Source: Candidatus Hodarchaeum mangrovi (GTDB taxonomy: Archaea > Asgardarchaeota > Heimdallarchaeia > Hodarchaeales > Hodarchaeaceae). From it: DNA of 16,707 nucleotides. The stretch spans positions 1-16,707 of the forward strand of contig JAEOUE010000181.1 in the NCBI GenBank assembly GCA_016839515.1, given 5' to 3'. A model generated the notes under the pieces. The model had not been told where the DNA came from. It searched no databases and saw nothing but the letters and a program-made list of their open reading frames with translations. Position 1 is the stretch's first letter; each line of letters starts with the position of its first letter. Position numbers and translations under genes: made by a program. Shown piece by piece: positions 9,326-16,705 of this stretch.

Positions 9326-9375
9326 AACTTCGCAAAAAGCTGGTTTAGATTACAAAGCATATACTCGGGCATATA
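9326..9375 (+). repeat. Boundary repeat copy R5
   Basis: AACTTCGCAAAAAGCTGGTTTAGATTACAAAGCATATACTCGGGCATATA. Confidence 0.9.
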
Positions 9376-9584
9376 ATATGTTTTAAAAATGCTACAAATG
9401 ACTAAAGATTGATCTAATTTCATTATCCAATCATATCAGTTAATACGATTCAGATTAGGGTGTAAATCCAGGTTTTTAACCAGTATTATTCTTATTTTTA
9501 TTATTATCTGCTTAATCCTTGAAAGTTGTCAGAATCATATATTACTTAAGGAATAGATCCATAAGCAGAATTGAGGGTGAAAAA

Positions 9585-10001
9585 ATGACAGTATTCAATG
9601 GTGGACGCATTATACTTGGAATATTCTATTTAATTTCTGCAGGATTTAATTTATTTCACACAATAAATAATACTGAATATCTATGGATCGTTTGTTTAGA
9701 AAACGTTCGGTTTTCCCTTCAAAAAGAATTTCTAGAGAGATTAATTATCCCAAATGAGACGATAGTTATACTCTTAATTGTAGCATTAGAAATAGTGATG
9801 GGGGTTCTAATTCTAACTCAAGGGACTTATGTGAAAATAGGATTAATCCTCGGAATACTCTGGGTACTGTTTGTAGCACAATTTTTACCTATGAACGATA
9901 TAGTTGGACATATAATATTGGGAGGTATCCAAGCACTCCTACTCCTAGAAACCTATGATGAAACCGGTTTCGAGATAATCAAAGGTGTAATCAAAAAGTA
10001 A
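9585..10001 (+). CDS. Small integral membrane protein (DoxX-like topology)
   Basis: About 4 hydrophobic segments, RIILGIFY and ALEIVMGVLIL motifs; ATG at 9585 follows GAGGGTGA and is preferred over the TTG at 9519. Confidence 0.7.
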   Translation: MTVFNGGRIILGIFYLISAGFNLFHTINNTEYLWIVCLENVRFSLQKEFLERLIIPNETIVILLIVALEIVMGVLILTQGTYVKIGLILGILWVLFVAQFLPMNDIVGHIILGGIQALLLLETYDETGFEIIKGVIKK

Positions 10002-10053
10002 TTTAATTTGATCATGCAAAAAACCCAGATTTCGTTTTTGTCCCCTAAGAACG

Positions 10054-10086
10054 AATTCCATAAAAGGCTGGATTAACACCAAAAAT
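10054..10086 (+). repeat. Boundary repeat copy R6 (left part only)
   Basis: AATTCCATAAAAGGCTGGATTAACACCAAAAAT; the palindromic part is missing. Confidence 0.7.
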
Positions 10087-10367
10087 CCTAATTAAAAATG
10101 AGATAATTCTCACTTTGTAATGCATTGATCACATTAGAAGATTTTCCCACCAATAGATAAATCTATTGATAGAATCACTAGCACCAATATCCAGTGGTTG
10201 GTTCAAATAGGTAAAATTTATGATTAACTCCTAGTGAAGAATATTAACATTACAAATAATTTCTATTTTGAAACTACTCTGGTGGTTTATTAAACTAGTT
10301 TTAATCCGATAGAACAGATTTAACTTTTGATTAGCAAGCAAGAATTCTAGAAAAAACTGATTAAAAA

Positions 10368-11573
10368 GTGATTATTGAGGATTATATTTTGAGAAATAAA
10401 CAAAAAACCTTGGAAAAGGTATTATGTCTTTTAATTGTAGTTAGTATTACATTCTTTACTTTTAGAGTTGAGTTGAGTAATGCAAACACTGGAAACGTCC
10501 AAACTACTTCTCCTCGTGACAGAACCATGCATGCAATGGTCTTTGATTCTATGAATCAAAAATGTATTTTGTTTGGTGGTAGTTGGGATACGTTAACTTC
10601 GGGGTTCCAGCATTTAGACGATACTTGGGCTTATGATTATAACAACAATATCTGGATGGAATTAGCTCCTGCAAATCATCCTTCTGCGAGAGATTCACAT
10701 GGTATGGTGTATGATTCTAAAACCAATCAAACAATACTCTTCGGTGGGGGACCTACAGAAACATGGGTCTATAAGTTTTCAAGTAATTCCTGGACCCAAA
10801 AATCAACAGGAACTTCGCCTCCTTCATTATATTATCATGCAATGGTCTATGATCCAGTTAACCAGAAAGTAATTCTCTTTGGTGGGTTGAATAACCAAAT
10901 AAACGATGAATTTTGGGAATATGACCCTAGTACGAATATATGGACGGAACTTACTCCATCCATAAAACCTGAAGCCCGATATGGTCATACTATGGTTTAT
11001 GATTCAACTAATCAGAAAATCATTCTGTTTGGAGGAAATAGCGCTGAAGGATACAGAGAGGATACATGGGTGTATGATTATACAAACAATACATGGATCG
11101 AGTTAAATCCATCAACCCATCCTAGCCCCCGATATATGCATACTATGATCTATGACAGTAATAGTCAAAAAGGAATCCTCTTTGGGGGTTTTGGTGGAAG
11201 TCTTTTAAGTGAAACTTGGATTTATGATTATGTAACCAATAGTTGGGAGATTTTAAGTACGAGTGGATCCCCATCAGAAAGAATCTGTGCTACATTTGTA
11301 TATGACTCCATAAACGATAAAGGTATATTATTTGGGGGTTATGTGGATAATGGAGATTCTGCAATTACCTTCGGAGACTTATGGGTTTATCATTCAAATA
11401 ATAACTCATGGACACTCAGAAATGTGTTTACACCCTCGAGTACCTCAACAGGGGGTAATTCTACAATCCATACAGAAAAAACTGTCTTTATAACTTTGAA
11501 CGAAGTATTACTTATCTTTGGAGGTATTATAGGCATCTTCAGAGCTTATAGACACAGAAAAAGAATATTATAG
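10368..11573 (+). CDS. Kelch-repeat beta-propeller cell-surface protein
   Basis: Six repeats of P.PR..H.MVYD...K.ILFGG...TW.YD...N.W; N-terminal signal/TM, Ser/Thr linker, C-terminal TM and basic tail; start may be the TTG at 10389 after GAGGA. Confidence 0.9.
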   Translation: MIIEDYILRNKQKTLEKVLCLLIVVSITFFTFRVELSNANTGNVQTTSPRDRTMHAMVFDSMNQKCILFGGSWDTLTSGFQHLDDTWAYDYNNNIWMELAPANHPSARDSHGMVYDSKTNQTILFGGGPTETWVYKFSSNSWTQKSTGTSPPSLYYHAMVYDPVNQKVILFGGLNNQINDEFWEYDPSTNIWTELTPSIKPEARYGHTMVYDSTNQKIILFGGNSAEGYREDTWVYDYTNNTWIELNPSTHPSPRYMHTMIYDSNSQKGILFGGFGGSLLSETWIYDYVTNSWEILSTSGSPSERICATFVYDSINDKGILFGGYVDNGDSAITFGDLWVYHSNNNSWTLRNVFTPSSTSTGGNSTIHTEKTVFITLNEVLLIFGGIIGIFRAYRHRKRIL

Positions 11574-11691
11574 ACTGATAGATACGTCATCTATGGCTAA
11601 TTTAGATTGAAAATGTATATCCCAAGCTACATGCCGTGAAACCTCCCCTCTAAGGGCAGAAAGAAAACTTGGTGAATTATTTACATTTATG

Positions 11692-11743
11692 AACTCTGTA
11701 AAAGGATGGTTTAGATTACAAAAGTATATACTAGGGTATATAT
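11692..11743 (+). repeat. Boundary repeat copy R7 (near consensus)
   Basis: AACTCTGTAAAAGGATGGTTTAGATTACAAAAGTATATACTAGGGTATATAT. Confidence 0.95.
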
Positions 11744-11763
11744 GAACTGTTTCTGTGAATTAA

Positions 11764-12297
11764 ATGGCTCAACAAACAACGCTTCATATGCTAATATGGC
11801 AGTTAGAAAGTTGGTTTCAAGAATTAGTGCGAACTTTATCCGAAATTTCGGAGGAAGAGGCGAAATGGAAACCCACAACACATTCTAAAACAGTAGACGT
11901 ACTTAACCAGTGGTATGGGAAAAGAAAAGACTGGATTTCGGAACACCTTCTTGACCCCATCTCTACAATCGAATATAAAGTAGTGCATTTAGCACAATGG
12001 AAACAAAAATTTTATGAATATGCGTTCAGGGAGGGCAGCCGGAAATGGATAGACCTCGAATGTCCAGAATGGCCACGGTGCATCGATTATTTGAGAAAAA
12101 CACAAAAAAATGTAGTTGAGGTCCTTCAAAATCTGACAGATGAACAATTGGATGACAGGGTTCCTACACGTTGGGAGGAGGACTGGTCAATGAAAAAACT
12201 AATCTCTACCTTGATCTATCACGATGCATATCATTTGGGTCAAATTAATACCATAAGAAATCTCTATAATATTGCGAACAAAAGAAAAGCTGGTTAA
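11764..12297 (+). CDS. DinB/YfiT-like four-helix metalloprotein
   Basis: SEEEAKWKP, TI...VVHLA and HDAYHLGQI (His triad). Confidence 0.85.
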   Translation: MAQQTTLHMLIWQLESWFQELVRTLSEISEEEAKWKPTTHSKTVDVLNQWYGKRKDWISEHLLDPISTIEYKVVHLAQWKQKFYEYAFREGSRKWIDLECPEWPRCIDYLRKTQKNVVEVLQNLTDEQLDDRVPTRWEEDWSMKKLISTLIYHDAYHLGQINTIRNLYNIANKRKAG

Positions 12298-12312
12298 AAT
12301 TGAAAAAATATG
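12285..12312 (+). repeat. Boundary repeat copy R8 (degenerate, overlaps the DinB stop codon)
   Basis: AAAAGCTGGTTAAAATTGAAAAAATATG. Confidence 0.7.
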
Positions 12313-12348
12313 TCCTTTTATATTTCTGTACAGCTTAATAATCGTCTT

Positions 12349-12397
12349 AACTTCGTAAAAGGCTGGTTTAGATCCCAAAAGTATACCAGGTACATAT
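12349..12397 (+). repeat. Boundary repeat copy R9
   Basis: AACTTCGTAAAAGGCTGGTTTAGATCCCAAAAGTATACCAGGTACATAT. Confidence 0.9.
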
Positions 12398-12434
12398 CTT
12401 TAACAGGTAGAATCTGTGATAGGCTTCTAGAAAG

Positions 12435-13364
12435 TTATTTGTATAAATCTCCACTTAAATATTTGAGACCAGAATCTACTAGCAATGTGACCACAGTTGC
12501 ATTAAGATTTGATTGTTTCGCTATTTTGATAGCTGCAGCGACATTTGCTCCTGACGAAATTCCCGCAAAAAGACCTTCTTCTCTTACTAATCGTCTAGCC
12601 ATTTCTTTTGCTTCATTGGTTGAAATTGATATTATATCATCAACAATGCTTGGATTCCATAAAGGTGGAGTAAATCCTATTCCAATTCCTCCAATACCAT
12701 GAGAACCACTCCTGCCCTCTGATAATACAGGGGATTCTGCAGGTTCTACAGCGTAGATTTTTATGTTTGGTTTATAATTCTTCAAAATACTAGCAGTTCC
12801 TTGCAATGAAGCTGCTGATCCAACGACATGAACAAATGCATCAATATTACCATCTGTTTGTAACCAAATTTCTTCTCCTAATTGGTGATATCCAGCAATA
12901 TGGTCTTCATTATTGAGTTGGTCAGTCCAATAAGTATTAGGTTCCTTACTAAATTCTCTCGCTGTTTCTATCATTTTTTCAACGAGAGTTTTGGTAATAC
13001 CCCTTCCTTCACTAGAAATAATAGTCATATCTGCACCAAAAGCCTTCATATGATTTATTTTGTCTTGACTAAAGGCATCAGAGGATACAATACGAAGATG
13101 ATAACCTTTAACAGCACAAATAAGTGCTAAAGAAGTACCAGTGCTTCCTCCTGAATACTCAACAACAGTGCCACCTCTAACTAATCGTCCATCTTTTTCT
13201 GCTCTTGAAATCATAGCTTGTGCCATACGATCTTTCATACTCCCAGTAGGATTTTCCCATTCCAACTTTACTAATACGCTTGCACAATCAGGAGGTACAA
13301 CGTTATTCAACTTCACTATAGATGTATTTCCTATAGCTTTGAGGACATTTTCAGCAATTTTCAT
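12435..13364 (-). CDS. Cysteine synthase family PLP enzyme (CysK/CBS-like, variant motifs)
   Basis: IGNT, KLEWENPTGSMKDR (PLP Lys), AVEPAES, EEGLFAGISSGAN, DSGLKYLS; GGAGG upstream. Confidence 0.9.
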   Translation of the reverse strand: MKIAENVLKAIGNTSIVKLNNVVPPDCASVLVKLEWENPTGSMKDRMAQAMISRAEKDGRLVRGGTVVEYSGGSTGTSLALICAVKGYHLRIVSSDAFSQDKINHMKAFGADMTIISSEGRGITKTLVEKMIETAREFSKEPNTYWTDQLNNEDHIAGYHQLGEEIWLQTDGNIDAFVHVVGSAASLQGTASILKNYKPNIKIYAVEPAESPVLSEGRSGSHGIGGIGIGFTPPLWNPSIVDDIISISTNEAKEMARRLVREEGLFAGISSGANVAAAIKIAKQSNLNATVVTLLVDSGLKYLSGDLYK

Positions 13365-13517
13365 TTGGAGGCATCCTTTAATAAGATTAATTAGGTATAC
13401 TACAGGATATAATTAATCTTTCGAATCCATTTTTAATAATCAGAATTTTTCATGGAAATTTCAGATTTGATTCATCAATAAAATTGGTGTTCAAGATTTC
13501 TAATGTGCCACTAATTA

Positions 13518-13576
13518 TTCGTAAAAAAACACCTAAGGCTGGGTTAGATAAGAAAAGTATATACTATAGTATATAC
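13518..13576 (+). repeat. Boundary repeat copy R10, with perfect 20-bp palindrome
   Basis: TTCGTAAAAAAACACCTAAGGCTGGGTTAGATAAGAAAA followed by GTATATACTATAGTATATAC (13557-13576). Confidence 0.95.
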
Positions 13577-13680
13577 AAAACATTAGTTATTTTCAAACTA
13601 GAAAGATAGAAAAAAAAGAGAAGAGCAAAATTAACTACAAGTACTAAATACAGTATTTGGAGCTAATTATCCTACCTAAA

Positions 13681-15105
13681 TTATGGCTTGATATTTCGGT
13701 TTAAACGGAAGAAATTCAATGGATCATACTTTCTCTTTAGCAGCGAAAGACGCTTCAATTTAGCACTTCCATAAGTGGTTTGAACTCGATCATCTCCTTC
13801 GTCCTGACTCTGGAAGTTAATATAAGCACCACCTATTGAAAACGGCTGTAACGCTTTCCAAAATTCACGTGTCCATTGGATATGCTTTTCTGATTCTTTT
13901 GGATCTCTCCAAGTGGTGTTTAAGATGAGCGAATAAGCAGCTTTTCGGTGACTGTATGCCGTCGCATCCTCGTCAACATGACTTATCGCACCACCGAGAT
14001 GAAATCCAGCAATAACGGATAGAGGTGATGTTATTTTTGAAGCATGCTCAACAAGTGTATCAATAATTTCGTTGCTAAGGGCAGGAAGAAATTCAGATTT
14101 CACATAATAATTCCAACCTGGTTGAGCTGATACATCTAACATGGATTGGAGGGCTCGAAATGGTTTAGGACCAATTCCATCGACCAAAGGCGTTCCGTAT
14201 TGCCTTAAAGGCGCGATTAATGCTTCCCCTTTTTCAATTACCCCTGTATATAGAACAATGACCCCAACAACAGGTTTACCATGGACATCTTTTGGCAAAA
14301 ATGGGGCAGCTGGGGCAAGACGGAGTATGGGTACAACAGTAAGTTCATCTGGGACATCAGCGATGAAATCACGGTAAAACCGTAGAAACTCACGAGCATC
14401 CTCCATGGGATGAAGAAGCATTCCTCCGAGAACTATCGGACCAATTTTTTGTAGTCGATATTCGAATGAGGTAACAACACCAAAGTTACCTCCACCTCCA
14501 CGTAAACCCCAAAAGAGATCCTCATTTTCTGTTTCACTAGCTGTTAGGAATTCGCCTTCAGCTGTCACTATATCAACTGAAATGAGGTTGTCAATGGAGA
14601 GTCCATATTTACGTGAAATATATCCAAATCCTCCACCAAGAGTTAATCCTGCAATACCAGTTGTTGTTACTATTCCAGATGGAACAGATAAGCCGAACAT
14701 CTGGGTCTCCCGATCAAGCTCTCCTAGAGTAACACCAGCTTGGGCACGTACAGTTTTAGATTTTAGATCTAGATGAATGCCCTTCATTTTAGATAGGTCA
14801 ATCACCATTCCATCATCACACAACGCATTACCCGCAACATTGTGGCCACCACCTCGAATCGACACTAAGATATTATGTTCGCGTGCGAACTTTATCGCAT
14901 CGATAACATCTGCAGGACCTGTACAACGTACGATGAGTGCAGGACATTTGTCAATCATACCATTCCAAATTTTACGGGCATTATCATACTCATTATCAGT
15001 GGGTAAGAGCACATCTCCTTGAATTAAGGATTTTAATTTATCTAAAGCATCTTCAGATAATAAAAATTCTTCGTACGAAGAAGTTATTGCCTTGATCTTG
15101 GACAT
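13681..15105 (-). CDS. FAD-binding oxidoreductase, berberine-bridge/6-hydroxy-D-nicotine oxidase-like
   Basis: RGGGHN covalent-FAD His motif, GIAGLTLGGG, DLFWGLRGGGGNFGVVT, C-terminal BBE motif YINF...KYDP.N.F. Confidence 0.95.
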   Translation of the reverse strand: MSKIKAITSSYEEFLLSEDALDKLKSLIQGDVLLPTDNEYDNARKIWNGMIDKCPALIVRCTGPADVIDAIKFAREHNILVSIRGGGHNVAGNALCDDGMVIDLSKMKGIHLDLKSKTVRAQAGVTLGELDRETQMFGLSVPSGIVTTTGIAGLTLGGGFGYISRKYGLSIDNLISVDIVTAEGEFLTASETENEDLFWGLRGGGGNFGVVTSFEYRLQKIGPIVLGGMLLHPMEDAREFLRFYRDFIADVPDELTVVPILRLAPAAPFLPKDVHGKPVVGVIVLYTGVIEKGEALIAPLRQYGTPLVDGIGPKPFRALQSMLDVSAQPGWNYYVKSEFLPALSNEIIDTLVEHASKITSPLSVIAGFHLGGAISHVDEDATAYSHRKAAYSLILNTTWRDPKESEKHIQWTREFWKALQPFSIGGAYINFQSQDEGDDRVQTTYGSAKLKRLSLLKRKYDPLNFFRLNRNIKP

Positions 15106-15192
15106 ATTAGGTTCTCCACCTATAAATATTCGATATTTTCATTTTGATCACATTTTCAATAAAAAAATAAAAAAAAGATTTAGATCATTTAT

Positions 15193-15537
15193 TTAAGCAG
15201 AAACTGAAGTCAGACTAAGTTCATTTCCAAAACAATCTTGGAATACTGCTACGTATCCAAAGTTCTCGTAATTAAATTTCTCTCTGATTACTTTTCCTTC
15301 TTTTAAAAGCACTTTCTCTAAAGTTTCATCGATATTTGCTACTTGGAACCCAATATTAAGGCCTTTTGGTCTAATTTTCTTTGTTTGAAAAATACTTATT
15401 CCAATAGAACCATTGATTGTGGCATAACCTTGGTTTGGCATTCTTGTTCTATCAAATGTCCAACCAAAAACAGTTTCATAAAATTCTATTCCTTTTTCTA
15501 AATCTAGAACAGGAATTTCAATTCCTACATCTTCCAT
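15193..15537 (-). CDS. VOC/glyoxalase-bleomycin resistance family protein
   Basis: EIPV.DLEK...FYE.VFGW, F.V.NIDE, A.FQD.FGN. Confidence 0.9.
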   Translation of the reverse strand: MEDVGIEIPVLDLEKGIEFYETVFGWTFDRTRMPNQGYATINGSIGISIFQTKKIRPKGLNIGFQVANIDETLEKVLLKEGKVIREKFNYENFGYVAVFQDCFGNELSLTSVSA

Positions 15538-15687
15538 ATTTATTACTTCCTTAACTATTGTTAATTTTTTTGGATAGTTTAACGAAAATAATCAAATTAT
15601 AAAATACTATAGTTCAGAAAATCGTAAAATTATTTCTTAGGATTTAGGAATTTAACTAATCTTTGATAGATACTAATTTATCTTGCA

Positions 15688-15736
15688 TCGTAAAAGATTG
15701 GTTTAGATTGGAAAAGTATATACAAGAGTATATACT
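15688..15736 (+). repeat. Boundary repeat copy R11
   Basis: TCGTAAAAGATTGGTTTAGATTGGAAAAGTATATACAAGAGTATATACT. Confidence 0.95.
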
Positions 15737-15950
15737 GCAAAATACTCCCTGTACTTCCAACAATTCATTAAAATATTGACTCTCTTCCACGAAACATCCT
15801 TTTAATAAATCCAAGTAGAGAGGAATTTGACTTAATTTCAGCTATATCTTTATAAGAGAGCTCATTTTGTTGATTAACATGGTTTTCATTGATTTAGAAT
15901 TTGATTTTATAGCCAAGTTTTACAATTGTATAATTTTTACCTTTATTATT
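15737..15950 (-). pseudogene. Possible decayed AIM24-like gene fragment
   Basis: Minus strand reads ...LSYKDIAEIKSNSSLLGFIKRMFRGRESIF, then after frameshifts FNE and VGSTGSIL; reminiscent of the AIM24 motif GG-LKR...GESFF-N; contains stops. Confidence 0.3.
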
Positions 15951-16053
15951 GATTTTTCCTGATTTTAAATGTTTGAATTTTATTATTGAGAGCAAAAGCA
16001 GAGATTTCTGGTTCTTTAGCGTGAAAACTAAACATCAAATCTAAGTGAATATT

Positions 16054-16212
16054 ATGAGTTATGGAAATTCATACAATCGTGGACCACGAGAAATGCACAA
16101 AGTAACCTGTGCTGATTGTGGAGTAGAAACTGAAGTTCCCTTCAAACCTGATGGAACTAGACCAGTCTACTGCCAGGAATGTTATAGAAAACGTAGACCA
16201 AGAAGGTACTAG
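16054..16212 (+). CDS. CxxC-x17-CxxC zinc-finger small protein (absent from the ORF track)
   Basis: MSYGNSYNRGPREMHKVTCADCGVETEVPFKPDGTRPVYCQECYRKRRPRRY* (52 aa); exact CxxC-x17-CxxC spacing with VPFKP and RPVYC. Confidence 0.93.
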   Translation: MSYGNSYNRGPREMHKVTCADCGVETEVPFKPDGTRPVYCQECYRKRRPRRY

Positions 16213-16243
16213 GTATCAAAAGATTATCTGAGGATATTCTTCA

Positions 16244-16257
16244 TTTTTTTTTTTTTT
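16244..16257 (+). terminator. Oligo-T terminator
   Basis: 14 consecutive T about 30 nt after the zinc-finger gene stop. Confidence 0.6.
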
Positions 16258-16324
16258 CTATTCAAAAATAATTAACCTCATACTGTTTAATATACAAATC
16301 GTTGCATTGCTCAGGATAAAACCC

Positions 16325-16376
16325 AACTCCATCAAAGGCTGGTATGGATTGGAAAAATATATACTAAGGTATATAC
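16325..16376 (+). repeat. Boundary repeat copy R12
   Basis: AACTCCATCAAAGGCTGGTATGGATTGGAAAAATATATACTAAGGTATATAC. Confidence 0.95.
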
Positions 16377-16600
16377 ACGATCATAGAGAAGTTCTATTCA
16401 TTTTTGAATTAATAGTATGAAATTAAGACTCTATCACTAAATTCACATTTTCTTACGTCTCTTCAACCAATGCACACCAATAAATCCCGCGCAAACTGGA
16501 TAATGTCTGACTAATGAGCATCCATCCTAATCCATCCTTTTATATAATACGAACATCATCAATAAATCTTTCTGCTAAATAATAAGATGAAATATAAGAT

Positions 16601-16705
16601 TTATGTTTGGACCAGATCAAGAATAACTCGATAGAGTCCTAATTTTTTTTCTAAATAGTCAAAAATATGCTCCTTTGGGATACCAATAATTTCACATAAT
16701 TCTTC
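16601..16705 (-). CDS. Possible 3' end of a gene entering from the right edge
   Basis: Open frame EELCEIIGIPKEHIFDYLEKKLGLYRVILDLVQT* runs from the window edge; no family recognised. Confidence 0.3.
   Translation of the reverse strand, partial: EELCEIIGIPKEHIFDYLEKKLGLYRVILDLVQT

Noticed and set aside
10190-10222. Possible eroded repeat copy (GGTTGGTTCAAATAGGTAAAA)
   Set aside because: Only partial similarity, with no AAAAGG arm or dyad.
12347-12360. loxP-arm resemblance (TAACTTCGTA)
   Set aside because: Present in one copy only, with no inverted partner arm; likely chance in AT-rich DNA.
12310-12702. 130-aa plus-strand ORF
   Set aside because: It runs through repeat R9 and is antisense to the cysteine synthase-like gene; a shadow ORF.
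1097-15022. Other short ORFs in the track (1097, 1192, 1789, 3125, 4315, 5707, 12882, 13141, 14141, 14582, 14777)
   Set aside because: They overlap well-supported genes in other frames or strands and show no recognisable motifs.
174-16376. CRISPR array interpretation of the repeats
   Set aside because: Spacing ranges from ~65 bp to several kb and contains whole genes, the copies are degenerate, and there are no cas genes.
174-16376. Classical integron attC sites
   Set aside because: Only R10 has a true GTTRRRY (GTTAGAT). There is no consistent RYYYAAC...GTTRRRY long hairpin, cargo orientation is mixed, and no intI is present.
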